The position numbers were made by a program, and so were the translations under genes. 38,771 nt of DNA. Origin: a virus. Taxonomy: Duplodnaviria > Caudoviricetes. Every line of letters starts with the position of its first letter. Position 1 is the first letter of the stretch. This document shows, piece after piece, positions 18,497 through 27,573 of the stretch. The notes under the pieces were generated by a model that saw nothing but the letters and a program-made list of their open reading frames with translations, searched no databases and had not been told where the DNA came from. The DNA lies in IMG/VR virus record IMGVR_UViG_3300049172_000213, positions 1-38,771 of that record, one strand, 5' to 3'.

Positions 18497-20168
18497 CCGA
18501 TGCGCCTCCTGATGCCGCCTCCCAGAAGGAGCGGCCCTTTGCCTCTGGGTTCCGGCTCATCAGCGCAATCGCGTTGAAGGCCGCCGTCAGCACGTCGATC
18601 TTCGCGGAGCCGGCCGCGGCCTTGTCGATGGCAACCGCATTCCCGCGCGCCTCGGCCTTCGCGTTGCCGACGTTCCAGGCCAGGATCGGCTGGCCGCCGT
18701 GACGCAAGGTCCGGTTCGCCAGCTTCCGCTCGGCCGTCTTGATGGCGCCCGAGAGGCGCCAGCCTTGCGGCACGCCGATCACCCGGTCGTTGCCCGAGAT
18801 GCCCCGGTCCGCCAGGGCGTCCACAACCTCGCCGATACCCATCGGGTCCAGACCGACCGCGGCCAGGATGCCGGCCTCATCGATCTGCGCCACCAGGTCC
18901 GCGATCTCATCCACTTCCGGGCCCGGCTCGTCCACGAAGGTGAGCTCGCCCGCCGCAGAGAAGCCTTCCAGTGTCGGCGCCAGCGCCTTGCGGCGCTGCA
19001 GTACGATCCTCTGCGCCCAGGCCCTGCCCCAGAGCAGCCAGTCGCGCGTCTCGCGTTCCCGGCCCAGCACCACCAGGCCCAGCAGGTCGTCGGCCCCACC
19101 GCCGTCGACCCCGACCACGACCACCTCGCACCGGTCCAGGATCGCCTCGAAGGTGATCCCCTTCTCCGTCGCGCCCTGCCAGAGCAGTGCCCCTGCCCAT
19201 CCGTCCGACCGCAGGCCGAGGCCTATCTCGACGTTCAGGTGCTGCGAGGCGAAGAGGGCCATCTGGTCCGGCCCGTCCTGCTCGGCCGTGTCCATCTCCC
19301 GGGTGAGGAAGGCGACATTGACCGAGCGGCCCATGTTCGGATTGACCAGCCGGAAGTTGGCGGGGTCCTTCCAGGCCTGGTCCTGCATCATTCGCTCGGG
19401 CAGCTCGTAGAGCACCGGCAGGAGGGGCAGCTTCCGCTTCCCGTCCCGCACCTCGCGGGCCTTGCGCAGCTCCTTGGCGAAGACGCCGGCGGGCGGCACC
19501 TTCGACTGGGTCGTGATCTGGACGATGAAGCCGTCCGGCCGCGCCGCCAGCGCCCCGCGAAGCTCCACGAAGACGTCCGCGGCACGCGGTTTCGACGCGA
19601 AGACGTGCGTCTCATCGATCAGGATGAAGGTGGCCTTCACGCCCGTGATGGCGTCGGTATCGGCCGCCTTGATCTGGATCATCGCACCGGTGGTCAGGTG
19701 CGTGATGGTCCGGATGTGCCGCTGGGCATGGAAGAGGACGGCGAGTTCCGGATCCGCCTTGATCATCCCCGAGGCCTGCCGGAAGGAGATGTCCGCGATC
19801 TCCTTGGTCGGCGCGATCAGCAGCAGTTCGGCTTCCGGCCGGCGGTTCATGATGGCCGCGGTGACCATGATGGCCGCCGCGTTGGTCGACTTCCCGTTCT
19901 TCTTCGGCACCAGGAGGAAGACCTCCTGGATGTGCCGGGTGTTCGTCGCCGCGTCATAGGAGCCGAACAGGGCCCGGACGATGTCGCGGAACCATTCCCC
20001 GGTCGCCTCCGCCAGCGAGGGCTGGCCGATCACGTCCGGCAGGCGGAGCCGGTTGAAGATCCGGACCGCCTTGGCCGCCTCCGCCTCGAACAGCGGCAGC
20101 TCGGGCACCAGCGGCTTGCCGGCCAGGAGGCGCGCCTCCCAGTCAGGGCAGGCCGTGTTCCATGGCAT
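18465..20168 (-). CDS. terL: Terminase large subunit
   Basis: Walker A PKKNGKST, Walker B ILIDETH, nuclease VGVDGG..DDL and KIDVLTA. Confidence 0.96.
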   Translation of the reverse strand: MPWNTACPDWEARLLAGKPLVPELPLFEAEAAKAVRIFNRLRLPDVIGQPSLAEATGEWFRDIVRALFGSYDAATNTRHIQEVFLLVPKKNGKSTNAAAIMVTAAIMNRRPEAELLLIAPTKEIADISFRQASGMIKADPELAVLFHAQRHIRTITHLTTGAMIQIKAADTDAITGVKATFILIDETHVFASKPRAADVFVELRGALAARPDGFIVQITTQSKVPPAGVFAKELRKAREVRDGKRKLPLLPVLYELPERMMQDQAWKDPANFRLVNPNMGRSVNVAFLTREMDTAEQDGPDQMALFASQHLNVEIGLGLRSDGWAGALLWQGATEKGITFEAILDRCEVVVVGVDGGGADDLLGLVVLGRERETRDWLLWGRAWAQRIVLQRRKALAPTLEGFSAAGELTFVDEPGPEVDEIADLVAQIDEAGILAAVGLDPMGIGEVVDALADRGISGNDRVIGVPQGWRLSGAIKTAERKLANRTLRHGGQPILAWNVGNAKAEARGNAVAIDKAAAGSAKIDVLTAAFNAIALMSRNPEAKGRSFWEAASGGASDGIAGAPAGA

Positions 20169-20506
20169 CAGTTCGGGCGGGCGCTAATCGGCGGCGGCGG
20201 CGCCAGATCATCGCCCCAGACGGAGCCGGCCCCGGCGTTCCGTGCCGCCTCGGCAGCCTGTTCCTTCTTGCCCGGCTTCACGTCGCCGGGCTTGGCATGC
20301 TTGTACGGGGCCGCCGCGATCGCCATCCGGTCCCGCCGGGCGTCGTCTGCACCCTCGTCGTTCATCACGGCCAGCATGTACTCGAGCGGATCGAGCTTCG
20401 CCTTGCGGGCAGCCCTCTTTACGTCAGGCGGCGGTGCCTTTGCTTCGCCGCCCGTGCGCGCTCCTTTGGGCCGGCCTGCACCGGGCCGGAACCCTCCACG
20501 GGGCAT
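20168..20506 (-). CDS. terS: Terminase small subunit
   Basis: MPRGGFRPGAGRPKG, PLEYMLAVMND and AAAPYKH motifs; directly upstream of terL. Confidence 0.85.
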   Translation of the reverse strand: MPRGGFRPGAGRPKGARTGGEAKAPPPDVKRAARKAKLDPLEYMLAVMNDEGADDARRDRMAIAAAPYKHAKPGDVKPGKKEQAAEAARNAGAGSVWGDDLAPPPPISARPN

Positions 20507-20664
20507 GATTTCACCTCTGATTACGGCCGCCCGATAATCAAACGGGCGGGAAAATTCTGCGCGTGAGCCCCTGTGCGGTTGGGGACCCCCATCGCCGCCA
20601 GAGATCGCACCCCCCCTCCCTCTGACTTGCCCGCCGGGGCGGCGCAGGCGGCCGCTGGAGGGCG
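20507..20664. other. Candidate cos/packaging region
   Basis: Non-coding gap between HNH and terS with a G/C run, where cos lies in HK97-like phages. Confidence 0.5.
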
Positions 20665-21012
20665 TCAGACCGGCCGGTGGCGGTGGTAGCGCTCTGCCAT
20701 GCGTACCGCCCTGGCGCGCGCTGTCTTGGCCGTGTGGCAGGCCCCGTCCAGTGCCTGCCCGTTGGCGGGATCGAAGGGTGCGCCGCCGTCCTTCAGCTCA
20801 ACGATGTGGTCGGCAAAGAGGCGAACACCGGTACGGCCGCACTGCTGGCACGCTCCACCCGCCCGCCGAATGACCTCGGCCCGCCAGTGCTGGTGCTCCG
20901 GGGTAAGGTAGTGCGGATCGGCCTGCTTCGGCGCAGGCTGAGCGGTGCTGGTGTCGAGGGTACCGAGGCGGGAGGGCATGAAGGAGAGTGCGGCACGCCT
21001 TGGCTTTGCCAT
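20665..21012 (-). CDS. HNH endonuclease (terminase-associated, HK97 gp74-like)
   Basis: CQQCG...ADHIVELKDGG...NGQALDGACHTAKT. Confidence 0.9.
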   Translation of the reverse strand: MAKPRRAALSFMPSRLGTLDTSTAQPAPKQADPHYLTPEHQHWRAEVIRRAGGACQQCGRTGVRLFADHIVELKDGGAPFDPANGQALDGACHTAKTARARAVRMAERYHRHRPV

Positions 21013-21022
21013 GCTACCCTCC
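21002..21022. repeat. Repeat copy 1, GGCTTTGCCATGCTACCCTCC
   Basis: Matches 21348-21368 at 20 of 21 positions. Confidence 0.85.
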
Positions 21023-21026
21023 GTTC

Positions 21027-21257
21027 ATGTCAGTCGGACCGCATCCGAAGGAAGAGCCCGAGGTCGTCGCAACGGAGCCGGATGGCCGCGCTACTTATGC
21101 GTACCGCGGTGCCACCATCACCTCCAACGCGAAGGGCACCGTGTTCACCGTGACCTTGGCCGGCGCGCCCTTCGATGGGTGGAAGGGTGAGTGCGATCTG
21201 GCGCTCCCCTGCGCCCTTGTGGACAGCTGGTTGGACTACGGAAAGCATCAGCCGTGA
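21027..21257 (+). CDS. Small hypothetical protein, paralog A (76 aa)
   Basis: Shares TYAYRG..I..N...TVF.V...G.P...W.G..DLA..C.LVD.W.D.G with 21373-21615. Confidence 0.7.
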   Translation: MSVGPHPKEEPEVVATEPDGRATYAYRGATITSNAKGTVFTVTLAGAPFDGWKGECDLALPCALVDSWLDYGKHQP

Positions 21258-21347
21258 CCTGGGGGCCGGTCGGGATGTCACCACGCGTGCAGACAACCCA
21301 TCATCCCCGCAAGTTCGAGAAGCGCTAACACCTGTCACCAACGCAAC

Positions 21348-21368
21348 GGCTTCGCCATGCTACCCTCC
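21348..21368. repeat. Repeat copy 2, GGCTTCGCCATGCTACCCTCC
   Basis: Near-identical to 21002-21022. Confidence 0.85.
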
Positions 21369-21372
21369 TGCG

Positions 21373-21615
21373 ATGCCTGCCGACATGATCCCTAGGTACT
21401 TCCCGGTGCTTAAAGCCGAGAGGGGCTCTCTAAGCGGCCCGACATACGCCTACCGGGGCACTCTCATCGAGACGAACGTGCTCGAGACAGTATTCGCGGT
21501 TCGGATACAAGGCCTCCCATCATCGCCCTGGTGCGGCGCGGGCGACCTCGCCCACGCTTGCCAGTTGGTCGACCGATGGCGTGACGGAGGGCATTTGCCC
21601 ATCTTCGCGATGTAA
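21373..21615 (+). CDS. Small hypothetical protein, paralog B (80 aa)
   Basis: Amino-acid-level conservation with paralog A. Confidence 0.7.
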   Translation: MPADMIPRYFPVLKAERGSLSGPTYAYRGTLIETNVLETVFAVRIQGLPSSPWCGAGDLAHACQLVDRWRDGGHLPIFAM

Positions 21616-21702
21616 TGAAGGAGAGGGCGGCGCTTGGACTTCGCCACCGCGCTCCCCTCCGACCTGTCCGCATCGATGATGACAGCACCCCAGAAAGACG
21701 AA

Positions 21703-21728
21703 GCCCCGCTCGGCAGAGCCGGCGGGGC
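21703..21728 (-). terminator. Terminator-like hairpin at the start of the late operon
   Basis: Minus strand GCCCCGCCGGC-TCT-GCCGAGCGGGGC followed by TTCGTCTTTC. Confidence 0.5.
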
Positions 21729-21752
21729 ACAACTTCGGAGAAGTGTAGCGAT

Positions 21753-22472
21753 CTATGCCTCGTTTGCCGTCCCGACGTCAAGCTCCCATTCCGGAGGCGG
21801 TGTGACATCGCCGATGGCATAGAAGTCGGCCAGCCGCTCCAGCGCCGCCTTGAGGGTGTCTGCTGCAGTAGGGCGCCTGATCCCCTTGCACAGCGCATAG
21901 TCGGTCAGCGTCCCGCAGCTCACGACCACCCAGTGGAAGACGCCGGCCGCCACCAGCCCGATAGCCTCCCGCCAGGCGCGCTGGACGCGGCGCTGAGCCA
22001 CCCACTGGCCCGGAGCCATGTGGTTGCTCCTCTGCCAGGGGCTGGGCGCCGGAGACGGCGTCTCCGTGGCTGCGCGGGACAAGGCGCGGGCAAGGGCCTC
22101 ACCCATGTCCTTGCCTCCCTCGGCCCGCTCCAGGTCCTCGCGGAAGCTGTCGGCCGCCACGTACAGCCGGTAGTCGATGGCGTTGACCTTCACCATGCGC
22201 CGCAGCGGGTCCTTGGTCCGGGCACGCCGGATGCGCGGGCCCGTCGGCTGGGACGGGTCCACGGCGTACACAGTCTCGAGCCTGGCTGGGGCGCGGTACT
22301 GGTGCGCAGGACCGACGTCCGGACCCTGGTTCCTGGGATCGACTGCGCCGGGATGCGGGTCGGGAACTGCGATCCCCTCAGCGCGGGCTCTCTCGCGGGC
22401 GCGGCGGGAGACCTCGGCTTCAGCGATGCGCTCCCTGATGGTGGCCGGAACGGTAGTGGAGATGTGGCTCAT
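21753..22472 (-). CDS. DUF6456-like putative late transcription regulator
   Basis: DPLRRMVKVNAID...AADSFREDLE and C-terminal HTH-like LKAALERLADFY; occupies the Q-like position. Confidence 0.65.
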   Translation of the reverse strand: MSHISTTVPATIRERIAEAEVSRRARERARAEGIAVPDPHPGAVDPRNQGPDVGPAHQYRAPARLETVYAVDPSQPTGPRIRRARTKDPLRRMVKVNAIDYRLYVAADSFREDLERAEGGKDMGEALARALSRAATETPSPAPSPWQRSNHMAPGQWVAQRRVQRAWREAIGLVAAGVFHWVVVSCGTLTDYALCKGIRRPTAADTLKAALERLADFYAIGDVTPPPEWELDVGTANEA

Positions 22473-22987
22473 ACGGAGATCCTCTCCGGGATGCTTCCCC
22501 ATCGGCGCCGACGAAATTCGTCGTCGCGCTCGCGGAGTTCCTTCGCCGCTCGCTCACTCAGGTTGACGTAGTAGTGGTCGTACCCGTTCCCACTCAGCGT
22601 CAGGCCCATGGCCCTGGCCGCGATGATGAACATCCCCTCCCCCACGTAGTAGTCGGCGTCCGGGCGCTTGAGCTTGCGAAAGCGCTCGGCGACGTGCTTC
22701 CAGCCATAGGACGCACGGGACCGGTTCAACGACTTGATCCGCGGCGCCCAGGCAATGAACTCGGCGGCGCGAATGAGCTGGCCAACGCTGCGCTCGTCCA
22801 GCGTTGCCTCCCGCCGCATCGTCAGGCGCCCGCCGGGTGAGGTGCCATCAACCACCCCGCGCCTGCGCTCGTATGACCAGGAGAACAGCCCGCCCCACCA
22901 GAGATCAGGGTGCCACTCCAAGGCCTCCCGGATCACGGCTGTAGGGTCTGCCTGGATCTGCTCCAGGGTCTTCGGTTCCATCGTCAT
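22469..22987 (-). CDS. Hypothetical protein (SYGWKH...YVGEG.FI.AA motif)
   Basis: ATGA-coupled on both sides. Confidence 0.65.
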   Translation of the reverse strand: MTMEPKTLEQIQADPTAVIREALEWHPDLWWGGLFSWSYERRRGVVDGTSPGGRLTMRREATLDERSVGQLIRAAEFIAWAPRIKSLNRSRASYGWKHVAERFRKLKRPDADYYVGEGMFIIAARAMGLTLSGNGYDHYYVNLSERAAKELRERDDEFRRRRWGSIPERISV

Positions 22988-23370
22988 GCCACCCACATCC
23001 CCTTCGGATCGTCCAGGTTCCCAATGCCGTCCCACCACTTGTCGAGGGTGGCGCCTGCGAAGGTCGGGAAGTTCGGGCAGAGGTCCTCGACCTTGTCCGA
23101 CACCTTCTGCATCGCGGCGGTCCCGCCCTTGAACCAGAGCTTCCAGCCGCGCTCACGGACGTAGCCCTTCAAGGCGGAGCGAACGGGGTCCTTCAGGATG
23201 TCCGCTATCCGCTCCTCAGGGCTCCGCTCGCGGCAAAGCTCGGCGATGGTCAGCACCTGGAAGCGCTCCGGGGGCTCACCCGCTACCCTCTTCCGGGCCT
23301 CCTCTTCGTCCTGCGCAATGCAGTGTTGGCGGTACCTGCCAAGGCAGGTCGCGATCATCTCGGCGCTCAT
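22984..23370 (-). CDS. Hypothetical protein
   Basis: Start MSAEMIA overlaps the upstream stop; ends WWDGIG...W. Confidence 0.6.
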   Translation of the reverse strand: MSAEMIATCLGRYRQHCIAQDEEEARKRVAGEPPERFQVLTIAELCRERSPEERIADILKDPVRSALKGYVRERGWKLWFKGGTAAMQKVSDKVEDLCPNFPTFAGATLDKWWDGIGNLDDPKGMWVA

Positions 23371-23702
23371 GGGTGCAACCCTCGCTTCTGCTGATAGAGT
23401 TCGTCTTGGACGATGATCCGGGCACGCTGCATCAGCGGAGCCGCGCGCGAGAGCGCGGAGGCCAAGCCCCAGCCGCCTTCCCGCAGCATGTCCACAGTGA
23501 CCTGCTTCGCCTGTGCCCAAGTGACGCCCTGCATCTCGCGCCACGCGACCTTCTCGGACGTGGCCGCTCGGCGGATCATGCCTACCAAGTGCTGGACAAT
23601 CGCGGCCTCGATGGCCTCGGCATGATAGCGGCGTCGCTTGATGGGCCCGACTGTAAGGTTCAACTTGGTCAGCCAATCCGTCGGCGGCTTGATGCTCTTC
23701 AT
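23367..23702 (-). CDS. Hypothetical protein
   Basis: Start MKSIKPP; coupled to the downstream gene. Confidence 0.55.
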   Translation of the reverse strand: MKSIKPPTDWLTKLNLTVGPIKRRRYHAEAIEAAIVQHLVGMIRRAATSEKVAWREMQGVTWAQAKQVTVDMLREGGWGLASALSRAAPLMQRARIIVQDELYQQKRGLHP

Positions 23703-23715
23703 GCCCGTGGCGCGC

Positions 23716-23937
23716 CCTTGTCGCCTTTGTCGCCAAGGAACGGGGGGGTCGAATAAAGATACTGTTGGAGAGAGAGAAGGAAGGAAGATGAAAATGCCTT
23801 CTCTCTCCCAAGGCGAGGCGACGAAGTCGACATCTTCGCGCAGGCCACGTCCCATCCTTGGAAATCAGGGGCTTCCGACGCCTTCGAGATGGCGCTTTTG
23901 TCGACCATGCCGAATACCCCCGGTGACAAGGTCGACA
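23716..23937. repeat. Iteron-like repeats and inverted repeat; candidate replication origin
   Basis: TGTCG(C/A)C-type copies in both orientations; 11-bp inverted repeat GAGAGAGAAGG/CCTTCTCTCTC. Confidence 0.6.
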
Positions 23938-26682
23938 TCAGACACCCCTCCGCACGCGATTACGGATCAGCTCACCCATCTCCTGGCGCACCTTCGCCCG
24001 GCGCTCGCGCTCCGCCCGGCCCCGATCCGCGAAGCGCTCGAGCACCAGCGGGTTCACGATCCAGGCAGTCTGGGAGGCCGCCGGGGTATCGGGCTGCTCC
24101 GGCATGAGCCACGCCATGGAGACCAGGTTCTCCATCGCTGCAGCGAGTTCTCGGCGTTGTTCTGGCGCCTTCAGGGCCTTGTAGGACCGCATGATGTCGC
24201 GGACCGTGATCCGCTCCTTGCCCTGCGCCATGATGAACTTGGCGATCCACTGGGCATGCGCGGCCTGCTGCGTCGTGTAGATGACGGCATCGGCCCGCAG
24301 CAGGTGCGGGAGGAGGATGTCCTCCATGTAGGCGGCCACCCGTCCGGCGGTCTCCTCGCCGAGGATCTGGGTCTGCGGACGCTGCCCTGTCCGAGCAGTG
24401 GTGTCCGCCGCCTCGATCAGGTGGAAGGTCAGGGCCAGGCGGGCGAAGAGGCCTGACCACTTCCCATAGGCCGCCTTGAGGCGTCCGGGGACGTCGGGCA
24501 TGCCGCTCAGGGCGCGGACGAGGTCGCGGATGCTCTCACGATGGACATGCGCCGCCTCGTGCAGCACCACCGAGGGCAGGGTGCCGCCTAAGGCAGACCG
24601 CGGCGGCTCCAAGGCAGCCAGGGCCTCCAGCAGCGCCTCGTAGCGCTTCACAGCGGAGGCGTTGGGGGTGCGGTCCTTGCCCTCGCCGGTTGGGCCGGGC
24701 ACGCAGAACATGAACCGCTGCATGAGCCCGTCTTCCTTCGTGTTCGTGGCAATGGCCTTGAACACGTCGGGCTGGATGCCGCCGATGATGCAGGCTGACC
24801 AGTTAGGGACGGTGAAGGAGCCCCGCCCGATGCGATCAATCGGGTGCGGCCCGCCGTTGTAGAGACGGAGATAGGCGCCCCGGTCGCTGCTTCCGCTGCC
24901 GCCGCTCTTGTAGCGGTCGAAGCTGCCCAGCAGCTCGGCAAGCTCATCTGAGCGGACCAGTACCTTCCGGGCCGGCGCCCGATACTGCGCCTCGCCGTCC
25001 GTCCTCAGGAGCTCGCCCAGCTTCTCCACGGTGGTATCCCCGACGAGATACCGGACTGCCCGCGGCTTCCTCGGCTCGTCGGCTGGCGAACCCTTGGCGT
25101 CCTTCCACTCCTTGTGCTGGACCTTGTACCGCTCCAGGGCCTCCTCGTGAGCTTTCCGTGCCCTCATCTCGATCTTGTCGATCGGCTTCGTGCAGGCCTT
25201 CAGGACAGGCGATTTCAGGACAGAAGGATCGCCGACGATCCCGCCCCAGAGGCGTGGGTTCTCGGTCCACTCATCATCGAAGCGCTTCGGCTGGATTTCC
25301 CAGTCATCGCTAATGATCGAGGCGCATGTGACGATCGCCGTCAGCGCCACGGAGGCGGGGTCCACGCCCATGCGCTCCGCGGTATCCTGCACGAAGCCCC
25401 AGAGCGCCTCCGGCAGGTGATGCGGCCGCAGCTCCGGGACGCCGGTCTCCTCGTCATCCGCAAGGAAGTCGATGGGAGACTGCCAGGTGACCTGCGCTGG
25501 CTCGCTGCGGGATCTGCGCTGGCGGCTTGCCGTCTCCTCACCAGGCGGCGGAGGGCGAAACCCAGGTTCCGGCTGAGGCTCCCCCGGGTCCCGGATGTCC
25601 TCCTCGGTGTAGGGCGGCACCTCATAGTCGTCCGGCCCCGCCTTCGTGCTCTGGCCAGCGCGGATCGGCCGCTGCCATCCAAGAGCCTTGGCGCGGAAGA
25701 AGATGCTGCCTGCGCCGATCCTGCTGGGAGGGTGGGCAGCGAAGTGCTTCCACCGGTCTACGCAGGCCTGGTCCTCGTGCTTCTTCGACTTCGCGGACCA
25801 GTCCGCCCAGACGTTCAGCCCCTCGGCCGAGCCACCTGTTGCCCGCCACACGGCCAGCCCCATCTTTGTCCAGTCATCCCAGTGCAGGTCCTCGTTCGGA
25901 ATGGCCGCGAGCGCCGAGACGATCAGATCGATGGCCGCCTGCGGCTCGCCCGATGCCCGGGGGCCCTCGTCCATCCCACGGAGGCCAGCAGCCTCCACCG
26001 CCTCCTCCAGGCGGTCACAGGCCTCCTGGAGGTCGATCTCGGCGGTGTCGTCCCCACCGATGATGTCGGCCAGCTTCGGATTGCGCTTGCGGTTCCACGA
26101 GCCCGGCCAACGCAACGGGTGGCACGGTGGCGCCGCTGTCGGATCCGCACCGACAAGTGCGGCAGCCATCTCGCGCGCCGCCTGGAGGCGACGGTGCTCC
26201 GCTTCGGTGCGCGTTGGCTCAGTGAGACGCCAGTGAAAGTGCTGCTTCTGGAAGACCTCGCCCGTCTCGGGGTTCGTCCACTCACCGCCCGAGGCGACGA
26301 CCACCGTCGGCGGGCCGATCAGGAATGCCAGCTGCGCCAGGGCCCGCTGCGGATCGCCTGCATCCATCTCGACCGATAGCGCCACCCCGTTCGCCATGTC
26401 GGCCATGCCGGCCTTGCGGTCGCCGCGGAACGTCGCCACTGGGGGCGCGAACACGACCGGCTCAGGCCGGTTGGCGGTGCTCCCCGCGGCCCTCACAGCA
26501 CGGTAGACGAGGCCCGCCACATCCTCGCCCACCTGGACCCCCTCGATCAGAACAGGCGGGACGTCACGCCGGAACTGGTCGAAGGCCCGGAGCGACACGA
26601 AGGTCTCGGGATCCGCATAGCGGAAGAGGGCGTCCACGAAGCGGGCGATCGCGGGCTCGGAGGGTTCCAGCCTATCGGTCAC
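23938..26682 (-). CDS. Replication protein: RepB-like AEP primase + PriCT-2 + DUF3987 (YfjI-like) helicase-like domain
   Basis: SVEMD...PTVVVASGG...QHFHWRL primase motifs; WDDWTKMGLA...WADWSAKSKK PriCT-2; GDPSVLKS P-loop-like, RSDEL, IIGGIQP and DGLMQRF. Confidence 0.85.
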   Translation of the reverse strand: MTDRLEPSEPAIARFVDALFRYADPETFVSLRAFDQFRRDVPPVLIEGVQVGEDVAGLVYRAVRAAGSTANRPEPVVFAPPVATFRGDRKAGMADMANGVALSVEMDAGDPQRALAQLAFLIGPPTVVVASGGEWTNPETGEVFQKQHFHWRLTEPTRTEAEHRRLQAAREMAAALVGADPTAAPPCHPLRWPGSWNRKRNPKLADIIGGDDTAEIDLQEACDRLEEAVEAAGLRGMDEGPRASGEPQAAIDLIVSALAAIPNEDLHWDDWTKMGLAVWRATGGSAEGLNVWADWSAKSKKHEDQACVDRWKHFAAHPPSRIGAGSIFFRAKALGWQRPIRAGQSTKAGPDDYEVPPYTEEDIRDPGEPQPEPGFRPPPPGEETASRQRRSRSEPAQVTWQSPIDFLADDEETGVPELRPHHLPEALWGFVQDTAERMGVDPASVALTAIVTCASIISDDWEIQPKRFDDEWTENPRLWGGIVGDPSVLKSPVLKACTKPIDKIEMRARKAHEEALERYKVQHKEWKDAKGSPADEPRKPRAVRYLVGDTTVEKLGELLRTDGEAQYRAPARKVLVRSDELAELLGSFDRYKSGGSGSSDRGAYLRLYNGGPHPIDRIGRGSFTVPNWSACIIGGIQPDVFKAIATNTKEDGLMQRFMFCVPGPTGEGKDRTPNASAVKRYEALLEALAALEPPRSALGGTLPSVVLHEAAHVHRESIRDLVRALSGMPDVPGRLKAAYGKWSGLFARLALTFHLIEAADTTARTGQRPQTQILGEETAGRVAAYMEDILLPHLLRADAVIYTTQQAAHAQWIAKFIMAQGKERITVRDIMRSYKALKAPEQRRELAAAMENLVSMAWLMPEQPDTPAASQTAWIVNPLVLERFADRGRAERERRAKVRQEMGELIRNRVRRGV

Positions 26683-26954
26683 GCCGCCCCCGCTCGCCTG
26701 AGCATCACCCGCACGGCCGCGGCCGTCATGCCGAGCCGCTCGCTAATCGCGGCTGTGTCACAGCCCTGCGCCACCATGTCCCGCGCTACCGCGACACGCC
26801 GTGCCGTCCCAGGGTTAGGCTGCCGGATGCGGTGCAGCGGCCTCAAGCCAGCCCGCTTGGCCCGCATGCGCGCCGCGTCGCGCGAGATGCCCAGGACGGC
26901 CGCGGCTTGGGCGTAGGAGCAGCCGGCAGCCAGGGCGGCCTGCAGCGGTGTCAT
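26679..26954 (-). CDS. Small double-HTH DNA-binding protein
   Basis: SYAQAAAVLGISRDAARMR and TAAISERLGMTAAAVRV. Confidence 0.7.
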   Translation of the reverse strand: MTPLQAALAAGCSYAQAAAVLGISRDAARMRAKRAGLRPLHRIRQPNPGTARRVAVARDMVAQGCDTAAISERLGMTAAAVRVMLRRAGAA

Positions 26955-27433
26955 GCTGCGCTCCGATCACCCTGCCCAACCGGCACCGGAGGTGCCTGCA
27001 GGTGGCCGAGGGCTGCCGTGGCGGCCCGGACCAGATCGGCGAGTTCGCGGGCGATCTCGGCTCGCTCCGGCGCATCCACTCGGCCGTCGTCCGACATGGC
27101 TTCGGCATAGGCACTGAAGACGGCGCCGCTCTCTGCCCCAACCTTGGCGAGGAGAAGGGACAGCTCACCCTCCGTCACCGGCTCGATCGGCACCAATGCG
27201 CAGCGTGCGCGCCGCGCCAGTTCCCGGGTCAGCAGAGGCTCGCCCGCGATCTCCTCGAGGCGTGCAACGACGTCGACCGGCACGAAGGCTTCCGGCTGGT
27301 GAACGTTGGCGTAATTGCTGAGGCTGCTCTTCTTCACGCGGGTGCAGACGCCGGCGGCGTCGAGCCCACCTGCACGCTCGACGAGTTCCCTCGTGAGGAC
27401 CTTGAGGGCGCGGTTCGGGTCGGTCGGGCTCAT
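26951..27433 (-). CDS. Phage regulatory CII-like protein
   Basis: LVERAGGLDAA...SSLSNYAN...FVPVDVV..LE..AG.P.LT..LA...AMSDDGRVD..ER..I. Confidence 0.75.
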   Translation of the reverse strand: MSPTDPNRALKVLTRELVERAGGLDAAGVCTRVKKSSLSNYANVHQPEAFVPVDVVARLEEIAGEPLLTRELARRARCALVPIEPVTEGELSLLLAKVGAESGAVFSAYAEAMSDDGRVDAPERAEIARELADLVRAATAALGHLQAPPVPVGQGDRSAA

Positions 27434-27573
27434 CGGCTGGAAAGGCTCCAGATGACGCGGTGACTGGGGGCAGGGCACGGTGCGGGCATGGTCATCGACA
27501 GCGACGCCGCACGATCTTTAGGGAGCCTTGGCGCCACAGTAGCGAGTGCCGCCGGGGTGCAGGCAGGGACCGC

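Noticed and set aside
14849-20537. Long plus-strand ORFs (638, 318, 612 aa)
   Set aside because: Shadows of the capsid, protease and terminase genes
21450-21647. 65-aa minus ORF MAKSKRR...
   Set aside because: Better explained as a decayed copy of the HNH start; it overlaps paralog B, which has protein-level support
20977-21660. CRISPR-like array
   Set aside because: Only 2-3 degenerate repeats, gene-sized spacers, and no cas genes
22984-23855. Extended 275-aa and 162-aa versions of ORFs
   Set aside because: The upstream extensions overlap each other and the origin-like region; ATGA-coupled or later starts fit better
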